Shown here: piece by piece, positions 36,737-46,859 of the stretch
How positions within the stretch are numbered: position 1 is the stretch's first letter
Layout of the letters: each line of letters begins with the position of its first letter
DNA from: Bacteroidales bacterium
GTDB taxonomy: Bacteria > Bacteroidota > Bacteroidia > Bacteroidales > Bacteroidaceae
Direction: 5' to 3'
Length of the DNA stretch: 64,000 bases
Assembly (NCBI GenBank): GCA_030528885.1
Contig: JAUMXY010000005.1
Coordinates: 6,924-70,923, forward strand
The notes under the pieces: generated by a model
Seen by the model: only the letters and a program-made list of their open reading frames with translations
What the model was told of the DNA's origin: nothing
Databases searched by the model: none
Position numbers and translations under genes: made by a program

Positions 36737-39244
36737 ATGCAGGAAAAGAACCCACAGGAGAAAGCAGCAGCCGAAAAACAGGCTGAACTTCTCATCAATG
36801 CAATGGAAAGAGCCAAGGAGAATGGCGGCTTATGGTTAAACCCATCAGAGAAGACGGCACCTCGTTTCTATCCACGAGGTGTCAATGTCTCAGCCTTCAA
36901 TGCCATGACGATGGCACTCCACAGTGACCAGAATAACTACAAGACCAACGAGTACACGCTCTTCAGCGAAGCCAAGAAACGAGGTGAGTCTGTACAGTCC
37001 AAGGAAAAGGGAGTTCCCTTCAACTGGTACAACTGGAAGGATTATGTCAACAGACATAATCCTGAAGATGTCATCAGCAGTGAAGACTACAAGGCTTTAG
37101 ACGAGAAGCAACAGGCAGAATACAAGGGAGTCAGAACCCGTGAAGTCCGTGCTCTGTTCAATATCGACCAGACAACCCTTCCTTTCGTTGACAAGGAACG
37201 TTACGAGCAGGAAGTCAAGACACATGGAACCTCTGAGGATCGTGAGCACTCCAAATCAGAGAGTGACCACCTCCGTCTTTTTGTCAACGATTTCATCCTG
37301 AAGACACGAGACAACCTTGTTCCCATCCGTCTTGATGGCAGCGGTGTTGCCCACTACGATGCCAAGAAAGATACGGTGTATATGCCAAGTGAGAAGGATT
37401 TCGAGTCTTACAAGGACTTCACCAACGAACTCATGCGTCAGGTGGTTAGTGCCACAGGCAATGCCCAGCGTCTTGGACGCAACGGCATGAACAACGGAAA
37501 CACCTCTCCTGAAGATGCAGCAAAGCAGGAACGCCTTATTGTCGAGTTGGCTGCTGGCAGTAAGATGCTTGAATTGGGACTTCCTGCCAAGCTCTCTGCT
37601 GAAAGCATGAAGATGGTCGATTACTGGCAGCGTGAACTCAAAGAGAATCCCTGTCTCATTGATGTCGTGGAGATGGATGTAAACAATGCTTTGGATATGC
37701 TTCACAAGGCAGAGCGTGGTGAGAAGGTTGAGTTGGCATCCCCACAGCAGAAAGAGGAAGCTCAGGCTGAACAATCCAAGCACTACTATGTAGCTGATGA
37801 GCTGAAGAACCTGCCCAACAAAGACACCAAGGAATTTGTCGTAGTACGTGACTCCAAGGCAAAGAAAGCGGATGTCGTACTCCCTGCAGGTGCTTCCTTA
37901 GAGGTGGACAACGAGATACCAGGCATGAACAAAGGACGTATCGAGAAAGCCTTACGAAAGGAAGGCTTTGAGACCATTTCCTTCTTTAACATGGATGGCT
38001 CGCTGGGCTATCGTCCTGATGACAGCTTCTTCGCTGGCAAGGAAGTTTCCGTTTCCAAGCTCAACAACTGGGAACTGAGAGACCTTGCCAAGCTCGATGT
38101 TGCAGAATCCGTCAGCCGTTCCAACTCTGTTGCTTTCGACAAAGTGCTTATGTTGAGGGATGACGCTGGCAAGTGGGCGATGTTCCTGAAGCCAGAGAAT
38201 GAGCCATCCTTTGCCGTTTATGCTGACAAGGCAGATGTCAACCGCTTTTTCGTGACCATGAAGCAAGGCAATGAAGAAGCCAGTGACCACATGCGTCTGG
38301 AGATGGCTTCCAGATACTATGCTATGGCGATGGAGAAGCCTGAGTTGAAGACAGACCTTTTCAAGAGTCAGGCTACTGCCGAGGAGTTGGCACGTATCGA
38401 GCGTGTAAACATCTTCAAGACCAAAGCCACAGACAACAAGCCGAGTGTCATTCTGTGCGTACCTACCATCGACGGCAACAGGCTTCAAGCCCGTGAGGTC
38501 AATCAACAGCAGTGGCAGCGTATGTGGCTGGCTGATGACAAACAGGACTACAAGACCCACCTTGCAGCATCCCTTTTTGCCGACGTGCTCCGTAAGGAAC
38601 GTACCGATGCCGTAGCCGTTGGTACAGACAAGACTGAGCAGGAAGCACAGTCTGAGACCAAGGAGCAGACAAAGAATGTTGAAGTCCATGAAGAGGAAGA
38701 CAAGAAGAAGGAGCTGAAGGAAGAGCAGACGCAATCTGAAAAGAAGCAGGAAGAAGAAAAGCGTCGTAACTCTCCAGAACAAAAGGAGAAAGAGGGTAGG
38801 GAGGAAAAAGCCAAGGAAGAAGCCACCAAAGCAGAGACCAAAGCCGTAGCTGCCGTAGTCCTTTCTCCGATTATGAAGCAGTTCCTGGACTTGAAAAGCA
38901 AGCATCCAGACGCTCTTCTACTGTTCCGCACAGGTGATTTCTATGAGACTTATCAGCAAGACGCTGAAAAAGCCTCTAAGATACTCGGTATCACTCTCAC
39001 TAAGAGCACCAAGCAGAAAGGGCCTGATGGCAATGCTGTAAAGATGGCAGGATTCCCTTACCATGCCCTGGACACATATCTGCCAAAACTTATCCGTGCA
39101 GGAGAGCGTGTAGCCATCTGTGACCAGTTGGAAGCTCCCAAGCAGACAGCAAAGCGTGGTATCTCAGAATTGGTGTCACCTGGTGTTGCCTCAGAAAAGG
39201 AAGCAAAGGCAGAACCAGAGAAGCATCAAGCCTTTCATCGATAA
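36737..39244 (+). CDS. fusion protein: ArdC-N (DUF1738)-like ssDNA-binding domain + degenerate zincin region + K/E-rich linker + MutS domain I
   Basis: 835 aa. N-terminus [19 protein letters not shown]...[20 protein letters not shown] (DUF1738 pattern). [28 protein letters not shown] sits where ArdC has HExxH. C-terminus [28 protein letters not shown]...[30 protein letters not shown] is collinear with the E. coli MutS N-terminus, including Phe-X-Glu. Confidence 0.75.
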   Translation: MQEKNPQEKAAAEKQAELLINAMERAKENGGLWLNPSEKTAPRFYPRGVNVSAFNAMTMALHSDQNNYKTNEYTLFSEAKKRGESVQSKEKGVPFNWYNWKDYVNRHNPEDVISSEDYKALDEKQQAEYKGVRTREVRALFNIDQTTLPFVDKERYEQEVKTHGTSEDREHSKSESDHLRLFVNDFILKTRDNLVPIRLDGSGVAHYDAKKDTVYMPSEKDFESYKDFTNELMRQVVSATGNAQRLGRNGMNNGNTSPEDAAKQERLIVELAAGSKMLELGLPAKLSAESMKMVDYWQRELKENPCLIDVVEMDVNNALDMLHKAERGEKVELASPQQKEEAQAEQSKHYYVADELKNLPNKDTKEFVVVRDSKAKKADVVLPAGASLEVDNEIPGMNKGRIEKALRKEGFETISFFNMDGSLGYRPDDSFFAGKEVSVSKLNNWELRDLAKLDVAESVSRSNSVAFDKVLMLRDDAGKWAMFLKPENEPSFAVYADKADVNRFFVTMKQGNEEASDHMRLEMASRYYAMAMEKPELKTDLFKSQATAEELARIERVNIFKTKATDNKPSVILCVPTIDGNRLQAREVNQQQWQRMWLADDKQDYKTHLAASLFADVLRKERTDAVAVGTDKTEQEAQSETKEQTKNVEVHEEEDKKKELKEEQTQSEKKQEEEKRRNSPEQKEKEGREEKAKEEATKAETKAVAAVVLSPIMKQFLDLKSKHPDALLLFRTGDFYETYQQDAEKASKILGITLTKSTKQKGPDGNAVKMAGFPYHALDTYLPKLIRAGERVAICDQLEAPKQTAKRGISELVSPGVASEKEAKAEPEKHQAFHR

Positions 39245-39262
39245 CCCAAAAGAGTAAATAAC

Positions 39263-40861
39263 GTGACAGCATCAAGACAAAAGTATATTGAGGAACATGC
39301 AGCGGAAGCTATGGAGCAGATGCGCAGATATGGCATCCCTGCATCCATCACTCTTGCCCAAGGTATCATTGAGTCAGCAGAAGGAAAGAGTATGCTCTCC
39401 AGAACTGCCAATAACCATTTCGGTGTAAAGGGTGAGTTCAATGGTCAGTTCGTCCGTGCCGACGATGACAAGCCCAATGAGAAGTTCAAGAAGTATGATA
39501 ACGTTGGGCAGAGCTATGAAGACCACAGTAAAGTCCTCATGGCAGACCGCTATCAGAAATACACCAGGAACCTCTCTGCTGATGACTACAAAGGATGGGC
39601 TGCTGGCATCAAGGCAGGTGGTTATGCTACCGCCAAGAACTATGTCAGCACCATCGTTGGAGTCATTGAAGGGGCAAACCTGCAGAAATACGACCAGATG
39701 GTGATTGAACAGGCTAAGAGAGAGGGTAAGAAGATTGGCGCCACAGACTACCGCAAGGGAGATGTGTCTGCCACTCCTGCCAATAGTGTTACTGCAAAGC
39801 CCACTCCCAATGGTCTTTATTCCCTTCCTTTGAAACGAGAGGAGTTCATGCTTGTGACTTCACCTTTCGGCAACCGTCGTTACCCAATGGATCACAGCAA
39901 GACGCAGTTCCATAAAGGAATTGACGTAAGCTGCAAAAACGAAGCACTACTTGCCACAGAGAACAGCGGCAATGTGGTTGGTGTGAACCACAATGCCAAC
40001 ACTGGTGGTGGCAAGTCGGTTACGATTGAGTATAACCGTGAGGATGGCAGCAAGTATCAGACGACCTACATGCACATGTCGAGCATCGACGTGAAGGTTG
40101 GTGATACGGTCAATGCTGGTCAGAAGATAGGCGTATCAGGTAATACTGGAACCAGGACAACAGGGCCACATTTGCATTTTGAGGTCAAGACCATTGCCAG
40201 TGACGGCACGAAGCGCAATATTGACCCTGCTGCATATATCGCAGAGATAAGCCAGAAAGGTGGACTGTCTCAACAGCTGCTTCATAACGGAAAAGACTTG
40301 TTGGCCAGCTATAAATCTGCAAATCCTGTAGCTCAGGAAACGGTCACAGTCCAGCAGCAGATTGACACGAATATGTCACCTGACGAATGGATGAAGAAAA
40401 TCTTGTCTTCAGAGGACAGCGGTATGAGCATGAACCCGAATGGTGACCCGGTGATAGAGATGGCCATGACTCTTTTCACCTCACTGATGGCATTGGCAAT
40501 CCAGATTGACAACAAGAGCGAGGAGGAAAAGATGCAAGCTGTCACTGATGCAGCAGCCAACAGACAGATAGACCTGATTTCTCTCCTCCCCCACATGAAA
40601 GTGTGCAATCTTATCATTACTGATAGCAGGCCACTTCTTCAGGTGGATAACGGCACGGTGAACTTCACCCATGAAATCAGCAATGCTGAAATGACAAGAC
40701 TCCAACAAGCCTTGGGAAACAGCAACCTCTCAGAGGATGACAAACGTCGTGCAGTAGCCAGTGTGGTTAACGGCATCGTTGTTTCACAGCAGATGTCTCA
40801 GAACTATCAGCAAGGCGTGGATGCACAACAGAACCAGGAACAATCCATTCAAAGGAAGTAA
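39263..40861 (+). CDS. bifunctional cell-wall hydrolase: GH73 glucosaminidase (FlgJ-like) + M23 peptidase
   Basis: 532 aa with GIPASITLAQGIIESAEGKS...NNHFGVKG (GH73) and HKGIDV...GNTGTRTTGPHLHFEV (M23). GTG start; an alternative ATG lies at 39311. Confidence 0.8.
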   Translation: MTASRQKYIEEHAAEAMEQMRRYGIPASITLAQGIIESAEGKSMLSRTANNHFGVKGEFNGQFVRADDDKPNEKFKKYDNVGQSYEDHSKVLMADRYQKYTRNLSADDYKGWAAGIKAGGYATAKNYVSTIVGVIEGANLQKYDQMVIEQAKREGKKIGATDYRKGDVSATPANSVTAKPTPNGLYSLPLKREEFMLVTSPFGNRRYPMDHSKTQFHKGIDVSCKNEALLATENSGNVVGVNHNANTGGGKSVTIEYNREDGSKYQTTYMHMSSIDVKVGDTVNAGQKIGVSGNTGTRTTGPHLHFEVKTIASDGTKRNIDPAAYIAEISQKGGLSQQLLHNGKDLLASYKSANPVAQETVTVQQQIDTNMSPDEWMKKILSSEDSGMSMNPNGDPVIEMAMTLFTSLMALAIQIDNKSEEEKMQAVTDAAANRQIDLISLLPHMKVCNLIITDSRPLLQVDNGTVNFTHEISNAEMTRLQQALGNSNLSEDDKRRAVASVVNGIVVSQQMSQNYQQGVDAQQNQEQSIQRK

Positions 40862-40862
40862 C

Positions 40863-41054
40863 ATGAATGAAAGAATCTTCAATAAGGTATTGACCTTGCT
40901 GATAGCCGGAGCTATCATCATCAGCATCATCTATGGACTTTATTGCCTGTTAGGTCTGATCGGATGTATTATCTATTGTTCTGTCATGGTAGCCTTACTG
41001 TGCTGGATAGCGGAAGACATCAGACATGCAGCGACAGAAGACCAGCAATTATAA
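40863..41054 (+). CDS. small two-TM membrane protein (63 aa)
   Basis: MNERIFNKVLTLLIAGAIIISIIYGLYCLLGLIGCIIYCSVMVALLCWIAE. The start lies 2 nt after the hydrolase stop. Confidence 0.4.
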   Translation: MNERIFNKVLTLLIAGAIIISIIYGLYCLLGLIGCIIYCSVMVALLCWIAEDIRHAATEDQQL

Positions 41055-41091
41055 CTTTTCTCTAAATATTAACTTCTAATTTTCAGCTTTT

Positions 41092-41706
41092 ATGATTAAA
41101 TGTAATGTAACAGTTTGTGGTACCATCTCACGCTCAGCGCAGATGCGTACAGGTAAGGAGGGTAAGCCCTTCATGTCATTAGGTGTTAACGTGGTCATCC
41201 CTGCCAAGTCTGGCATCAACAAGACCATAGAAATCAGCGTGGCCAAGGATGGTGGCTCTCAGGAGGAACTTGCGAACTATCCTGTAGGCAATCGTGTCGA
41301 GGTGGTTGGCACTCTAACTTTCCATAAGAAAGGAGAAGTTTTCTATCTGAATCTCTCTGCAACAGGCATCAACACCTTCAGCGCAGGTTCTGAAGACAGT
41401 GTGAAGGGTGATATCGAGTTTCGCGGCACGCTCGGCAATAAGATTGAGGAGAAGAAGAACAAGAAGGGCAATCCCTTCTGTGTGTTCTCAGCCTTCAGCA
41501 GCGAGAAGAACGGCGAGAACTACGATTACACCTGGATCCGTTTCCTCCAGTTTGGCGAGAGCCGTAAGGACTGGATGCAGCCCAAGGCAGGCATCAATGC
41601 CAAGGGAGAACTCCAGATGTCTGTCTATAACGACCGTCTTGACATTGCTTGCCGTGTCAGTGAGGTGTCTAAGTGGGACAAGACAGCTAACAATCCTAAC
41701 ACCTAA
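41092..41706 (+). CDS. tandem OB-fold SSB-like protein
   Basis: 204 aa. Two repeats of an SSB-like pattern (VTVCGTISR...GKPFMSLGV...VEVVGTL and IEFRGTLGN...GNPFCVFS...INAKGEL). No acidic C-terminal tip. Confidence 0.5.
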   Translation: MIKCNVTVCGTISRSAQMRTGKEGKPFMSLGVNVVIPAKSGINKTIEISVAKDGGSQEELANYPVGNRVEVVGTLTFHKKGEVFYLNLSATGINTFSAGSEDSVKGDIEFRGTLGNKIEEKKNKKGNPFCVFSAFSSEKNGENYDYTWIRFLQFGESRKDWMQPKAGINAKGELQMSVYNDRLDIACRVSEVSKWDKTANNPNT

Positions 41707-41711
41707 AGCCT

Positions 41712-43208
41712 ATGCGTAAGGATAATAAATATAACCATGTAGGGCCATCAGCCGAAGACAGAGCTTTGGAAAAGTTCGCCGAAATGATGATTGAGAAAAT
41801 CTCAACTCTTCAGAGCGACTGGAAGAAGCCTTGGTTTACGGAAGGTGCCCTTACATGGCCTAAGAACCTCTCAGGCAGGGAGTACAATGGCATGAACGCT
41901 ATGATGCTCATGATGCACTGCGAGAAAGAAGGCTTCAAGTTGCCTGTATTCTGTACTTTCGACCGTGTGGTTGGTCTCAACTACGGCAAGGACAAGGAAG
42001 GTGGTAAGGTGCAGCTTACCGATGCAGAGGGCAATGAACTACCCAAGGTGTCCATCAACAAAGGAAGCAAATCCATCCCTGTATTCATCACCACCTTCAC
42101 CTGTGTTGACAAGGAGACGAAGGAGAAGATTAAGTATGATGACTACAAGCGACTTTCAGAGGAGGATAGGGCGAAATACAACGTCTATCCAAAACTGTCT
42201 GTCTATAACGTCTTCAATGTTGACCAGACGAACCTGAAGGAAGCTCGCCCAGAACTGTATCACAAGCTGGAGGAACAGAATCAGCAGGTGCGTCCACAAG
42301 TGGCAGAGGGCGAAGAGTTCTCTTTCAAGCCTGTTGACCACATGATTGAGCATAACGAGTGGATTTGTCCCATCAAGCCTATTCATGGTGACAATGCCTA
42401 TTACAGCATTTCAAAGAAGGAAATCGTCATACCAGAGAAATCACAGTTCAAGGATGGCGAGTCTTTCTATAGCAATCTTTTCCACGAGATGGCACATTCA
42501 ACAGGTGCTGATGACCAGTTGGACAGGCTCAAACCAACCTCTTTCGGCAGTAAGGAATACAGTACCGAGGAGCTGAAGGCAGAAATGACGGCTGCGCTTG
42601 TATCTCAGCGTTATGGCATGACCAAGCATCTGAAGGAAGATTCAGCTGCCTATCTCAAAGGCTGGCTGGAGAGTCTGAAGGAGGAACCAACCTTCATCAA
42701 GACCATTCTGACAGATGTGAAGAAAGCATCACAGATGATTACCCAAAAGGTCGATGCCATTCAGCTTCAGTTGAACAAAGGTGTTGACGAGGGGAAGTCC
42801 GAATCACAGCCGGAACAGTCGAAACTGAAGAATATGGGCACCTTTGACATTCCTGAATGGAGCCTGAACTATCTGGAGAACGGTGATGCCACCAACCTGA
42901 CCGATGAGGAGGTGGCCAACGTTGATGCGTTCACCAAGGAACACTTCCCAAATGGCTTCGTGATGAACATCGACTTCGAGAACAGCACGGAGTTAAACCG
43001 ATACCCTGCTTTCGGGCCCAGGAACGAGGAAGCCTTGACCAGCAAAGGCGAGTCACCGTTCCTTGCCACGAAGACTTACCCCGTCACTTTCTATGATGCA
43101 AGAGAACGTGAAAGCAAGGAGTCGTCCAGTCTGTCTGAAGCTGTTGCCGCAAAGGAACCACCCAAGGAGAACGAGGCGCAAAGCATCGGACATCGTTTTC
43201 ACCGATAA
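41712..43208 (+). CDS. ardC: ArdC-type antirestriction protein (DUF1738 N-domain + HExxH zincin domain)
   Basis: 498 aa with KPWFTEG...NLSGREYNGMNAMMLMM...FCTFDR (DUF1738) and FYSNLFHEMAHSTG (intact HExxH). Confidence 0.75.
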   Translation: MRKDNKYNHVGPSAEDRALEKFAEMMIEKISTLQSDWKKPWFTEGALTWPKNLSGREYNGMNAMMLMMHCEKEGFKLPVFCTFDRVVGLNYGKDKEGGKVQLTDAEGNELPKVSINKGSKSIPVFITTFTCVDKETKEKIKYDDYKRLSEEDRAKYNVYPKLSVYNVFNVDQTNLKEARPELYHKLEEQNQQVRPQVAEGEEFSFKPVDHMIEHNEWICPIKPIHGDNAYYSISKKEIVIPEKSQFKDGESFYSNLFHEMAHSTGADDQLDRLKPTSFGSKEYSTEELKAEMTAALVSQRYGMTKHLKEDSAAYLKGWLESLKEEPTFIKTILTDVKKASQMITQKVDAIQLQLNKGVDEGKSESQPEQSKLKNMGTFDIPEWSLNYLENGDATNLTDEEVANVDAFTKEHFPNGFVMNIDFENSTELNRYPAFGPRNEEALTSKGESPFLATKTYPVTFYDARERESKESSSLSEAVAAKEPPKENEAQSIGHRFHR

Positions 43209-43228
43209 CAGCCAGACGCACAAAGGAT

Positions 43229-43266
43229 GAAGGGCTCTACTCTCACGAGCGGTGCCCTTCTTTGTA
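43229..43266 (+). terminator. rho-independent-type terminator after ardC
   Basis: GAAGGGC (43229-43235) pairs with GCCCTTC (43254-43260), followed by TTTGTAT. Confidence 0.5.
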
Positions 43267-43300
43267 TGCCAAAGAAAAAAAGCAATAACAATTAGAAGAT

Positions 43301-43798
43301 CTAAATTCTGGTTACAAGCACATAGCAGTCAAAGCCAGGCATGATTTCCTTCTTACGGTCGAAGATGCGTGAGAAGTCACGTTTCTTCTCTCTGAGGCAC
43401 TGACGGCAAAGGAGTTCAAGCACCATGCGGAGCTTGGTAATGTTTATATCGAATGTCTCAATATACTGTTCAATGGCCTTGTCGTTCATGTTCAGTCTAA
43501 GCTCATTTCTCTCCAGAGCCTCACAGATAAAGTGAAGGCTGTCCTGTCCAATCCTCGCTTTGTAGAGGTATGGATGTGGAACACGAATGAGGTCACCGAC
43601 ACAAAGAGGTTCTCCGTCTTTTGACAGTGGACGGCCACCAATAAGATTCTTACGCAGACGATCTGCATTTTTCAGTAACTTGGTACACAGGATGGCAAGA
43701 GCGCGTTTAGACACTTTCTTGTTGCCAAAGGTACGAAGATACTCATCGACGGGCATCAGCAACAATTGCTGGGGGGTAATAGTTTCAATATCAATCAT
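43301..43798 (-). CDS. hypothetical protein (165 aa)
   Basis: Clean ORF downstream of the OmpA-like gene; no family recognised. Confidence 0.4.
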   Translation of the reverse strand: MIDIETITPQQLLLMPVDEYLRTFGNKKVSKRALAILCTKLLKNADRLRKNLIGGRPLSKDGEPLCVGDLIRVPHPYLYKARIGQDSLHFICEALERNELRLNMNDKAIEQYIETFDINITKLRMVLELLCRQCLREKKRDFSRIFDRKKEIMPGFDCYVLVTRI

Positions 43799-43831
43799 AA
43801 TTGTTTGTAAATTGGTTGTTATAAAGATTCT

Positions 43832-45292
43832 TTAGAAAGACAGCACTACACAGGTGTTTCTGTTTGCTTCAGCAGGAGAATACTTGTCTATGCCACCTGC
43901 ATAGATGGTATACACCCGACTGTCATCAACGCCTCGGTCAAGCAGCAAGCGACGTATATATTCCGCTCGCTGACGGCTCAGATTATCGTTGATGGACTCC
44001 ATACCTGTAGCACTGTCAGCAGCTCCAATGACCTTCACCTGAAGACCATGTTTGTTGGCTACTCTGGCTATCTCGTCGAGGTTCATCACCTGGTTCTTTT
44101 CGGTTAGGACATCCGTACCTAAATGGAAGAAGAAGTAGATGGGAGCACCAATGTATTCCTGCCCGTTGAGCATAGCACTCAGATAAGCATTGTCAGTAAC
44201 GCCTGAGTTGTTGAAAAGGCTATCGAGTGAATAGATATCCTCAGTATCTTCCATGCCATTACGTTTCTGCATAGCTCTTGGCATCGTATTGGGATTACCG
44301 TCCCATCCTCGGTTAGCCAGACGTGCGCGAAGACTGTTCAAGCCAGAATAATCATTCTTAGGATATAGGGACTTGATTTTCGTATGTCCCTTGTCTGTCA
44401 GCCTGTCCTTGTAGAGGTCAAGCAGACCTTCTATCTCCAGTATCTTACGATACTCTGCCATACACTGCTCATCCTCATGGACACGTTTCGTCAAGTATCT
44501 GTTTCGGGATGACAGGCCATTTGCATAGTCCAGCAGCCATTCGTTCTGGCTCATGTAGGGCTTTGCATCGATGATTCTTTTATGGCCAACCTTACCTATG
44601 GTCACAGACAATCCTGCTGACAGTGTAAGCATATTGTCACCGAACCGACTGGAAGAACCTATGGCATCAAAGTTCTTCATGGTAGTCATACCACTCAGCT
44701 CTGCAAGCAGATGCAGACGGTTGGTGATTCGGTATCTTGCTTCGAGACCGTAGGCAAAGGCGAATGGATGGTTAGTGCCACTTCCGTTTCCACTTGACCA
44801 GTCTGAGTTATGAACCATGCCTATGCCCAGGAATGGAATTACATCCCATCGGGATAGTCCAAGTTCATTCTGGCTAATGAAAGCGGTCAGGTTATACATG
44901 AAGTCAGCATGTATGAACTGGTACTTCATAGTGGCAAACTCTGCGTTCTTGAACTGGCAACCCTGAAACTCAATTCGGCCACCGACGGCTGGAGTGAACC
45001 ATTTTCCGATACCAACCTGCACAGCTGGAGTGAGACGATAGAACAAGTCACCACAACCCACTGGCGAACCAAGGAAAGCAGATGTTCCACCCTTGACCTC
45101 CAGGAACCAGTTTCTGTCCCATCCTGAGCCTTCGCTGACGTTTCTTAGATAGGTGGGCTGCAGGGATTGCAGCATGACATCCGACGTGATGACTGGCTCC
45201 ATGTAGGAAGAGTCAACTTCATTTGATTGTCCAGATGCCGAAGCAGTTAGTGCCAGGCATAACATGGACATGATTACAATCTTTTTTTTCAT
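43832..45292 (-). CDS. OmpA-family outer-membrane protein (beta-barrel + C-terminal OmpA domain)
   Basis: 486 aa with a signal peptide. The C-terminal VIGAADSATG...NLSRQRAEYIRRLLLDRGV is an OmpA_C-like peptidoglycan-binding motif. Confidence 0.75.
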   Translation of the reverse strand: MKKKIVIMSMLCLALTASASGQSNEVDSSYMEPVITSDVMLQSLQPTYLRNVSEGSGWDRNWFLEVKGGTSAFLGSPVGCGDLFYRLTPAVQVGIGKWFTPAVGGRIEFQGCQFKNAEFATMKYQFIHADFMYNLTAFISQNELGLSRWDVIPFLGIGMVHNSDWSSGNGSGTNHPFAFAYGLEARYRITNRLHLLAELSGMTTMKNFDAIGSSSRFGDNMLTLSAGLSVTIGKVGHKRIIDAKPYMSQNEWLLDYANGLSSRNRYLTKRVHEDEQCMAEYRKILEIEGLLDLYKDRLTDKGHTKIKSLYPKNDYSGLNSLRARLANRGWDGNPNTMPRAMQKRNGMEDTEDIYSLDSLFNNSGVTDNAYLSAMLNGQEYIGAPIYFFFHLGTDVLTEKNQVMNLDEIARVANKHGLQVKVIGAADSATGMESINDNLSRQRAEYIRRLLLDRGVDDSRVYTIYAGGIDKYSPAEANRNTCVVLSF

Positions 45293-45375
45293 TCTTGTTT
45301 TACTTTTTAAGATTACTTACTTTGAGCAATGTATTGACTATAATCGAATTTTCAAGTGGCAACTTCAGCAATAGA

Positions 45376-46830
45376 TTATCGCTTCAGTTTACGTCTAGAA
45401 CCAGAGCGCATCATCTTGGTAGCCATCATCGCACATCGACGCGCCCATTCACGATCATCATCTTTAGGGTCTCGTCCCCATCCTGAAGATGGGCCACCTC
45501 CTCCACCGTGCCCCTTGGCAAACTCTGTAGCCTGTTCGACATATCCGGCAAACAGAAGCATGGCGCAAGCCACAATCTGGTTCCCGTGTTCAGCAACGTC
45601 CATCAGTACTGACTCGTCCAGATGAAGCTGAACGTCATCAGGCATCTGTGGGAGTCTCAATCTGAAATCACTGACCACATTCTCATAGAGAGCCTTGGTC
45701 ACTTCATCGCGTACCTTTTGCTGCACCGAAGTAGCCACTTGTGTTGCTTCACCTCGTAGCTCTTCTGTGCGTTCCTTGATGTTCTCGGCCTCTTCCTTCA
45801 ACTTGTCAAGTTTATCCTCAGCATCAGACAATTTCTGCTTCTTATCTGCCAGTTTAGCATTGATGTCTACGAGTTGTCTGTGAAGAGCAGCTATCTTATC
45901 TTCATTGGAAAGCTTGCCATCAGCATTATCCAAAACAGAAGATGCCAGACTATCCAGTTCTCTCTCAACTGATTCCTTGTCCTTTTCAAGATTGAGCACC
46001 ATTGAGGTAAGACCTTTCACACGACGTTCTGCCAGTGAAATTTCCTGTTGAAGACCTGACAGCACCTTACGATGGTTCTCTATCTTGTCTTCCAGTGTGA
46101 CACACTCCTCATCGAGCAAACGGCGGTACTCTTCCGTTGAGCGGTGTCTGGCTCCAGTCTCGGTGATGCTTGTGCCACGATAGAGACCCCATTTCTCGTT
46201 CACCTTGGCAAAAGCATCATGCATGGCCAGTGTCCTTGCCTTGAACTCAAATTTGTCCTTTCCTGCAAAAATCTTCTTGTAGGCGAAGCGACCATTCTCA
46301 TCTATAGGAAGAAGAGTAAGATGCACATGAGGATTCATTTCGTCCAAGTGAACGACGAAAGCAGCAATGTTTTCCTCACCGTATCTGTCACTGACGAAGT
46401 AGTACATATCCTTCGCCCATTGTTCTATATCCTTGCTACGTTTCAGGTGTGAATTATCAGCACCTTTTGCCAGGTTCACTTTCTGGTCACCAAAAGCGAT
46501 TTCAAGCATTCGCTCACGGCTTCCTCCAAGGATGAAATTCACCACTGTTCGGAACCGTGGTTCTTCAAGCCCTTCATTTGGATCCTTTATACCACGATCT
46601 GCAAGATTTGCTGCGATTCGCTCTGGGATGCTCCTGGTCTTATCGACTGGCTGTATTTTGCCTCCTTTGGTTATCTCGAAATTCAGATGCTCACGAGTCA
46701 AATCATAGTTGCCTATGGAAAGAGCATGTTTCAATGTCTTGTCAGAATAGACACGTAGATGCTCGTTGCTCTGCGATACCGTAAAGCCTTTAGAGGCACG
46801 GAAATCAATTACCTGTTTAGCTCCATTCAT
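45376..46830 (-). CDS. mob: MobV-family (Mob_Pre) relaxase
   Basis: 484 aa. YGEENIAAFVVHLDEMNPHVHLTLLPI matches the HxDE..PHxH signature; followed by a coiled-coil C-terminal half. Confidence 0.8.
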   Translation of the reverse strand: MNGAKQVIDFRASKGFTVSQSNEHLRVYSDKTLKHALSIGNYDLTREHLNFEITKGGKIQPVDKTRSIPERIAANLADRGIKDPNEGLEEPRFRTVVNFILGGSRERMLEIAFGDQKVNLAKGADNSHLKRSKDIEQWAKDMYYFVSDRYGEENIAAFVVHLDEMNPHVHLTLLPIDENGRFAYKKIFAGKDKFEFKARTLAMHDAFAKVNEKWGLYRGTSITETGARHRSTEEYRRLLDEECVTLEDKIENHRKVLSGLQQEISLAERRVKGLTSMVLNLEKDKESVERELDSLASSVLDNADGKLSNEDKIAALHRQLVDINAKLADKKQKLSDAEDKLDKLKEEAENIKERTEELRGEATQVATSVQQKVRDEVTKALYENVVSDFRLRLPQMPDDVQLHLDESVLMDVAEHGNQIVACAMLLFAGYVEQATEFAKGHGGGGGPSSGWGRDPKDDDREWARRCAMMATKMMRSGSRRKLKR

Positions 46831-46859
46831 ACGCTTCGTATGGTTATCTTTATTATTAT

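Noticed and set aside
38640-38830. Apparent repetitive DNA (GAAGAAG/AAGGAG runs)
   Set aside because: This is the coding sequence of a Lys/Glu-rich low-complexity linker within the 835-aa protein, not a discrete repeat element or CRISPR-like array.
37952-38931. 317-aa and 127-aa minus-strand ORFs
   Set aside because: They are antisense to the 835-aa ArdC/MutS fusion. Their Leu/Phe-rich low-complexity sequence is the mirror image of the K/E-rich linker.
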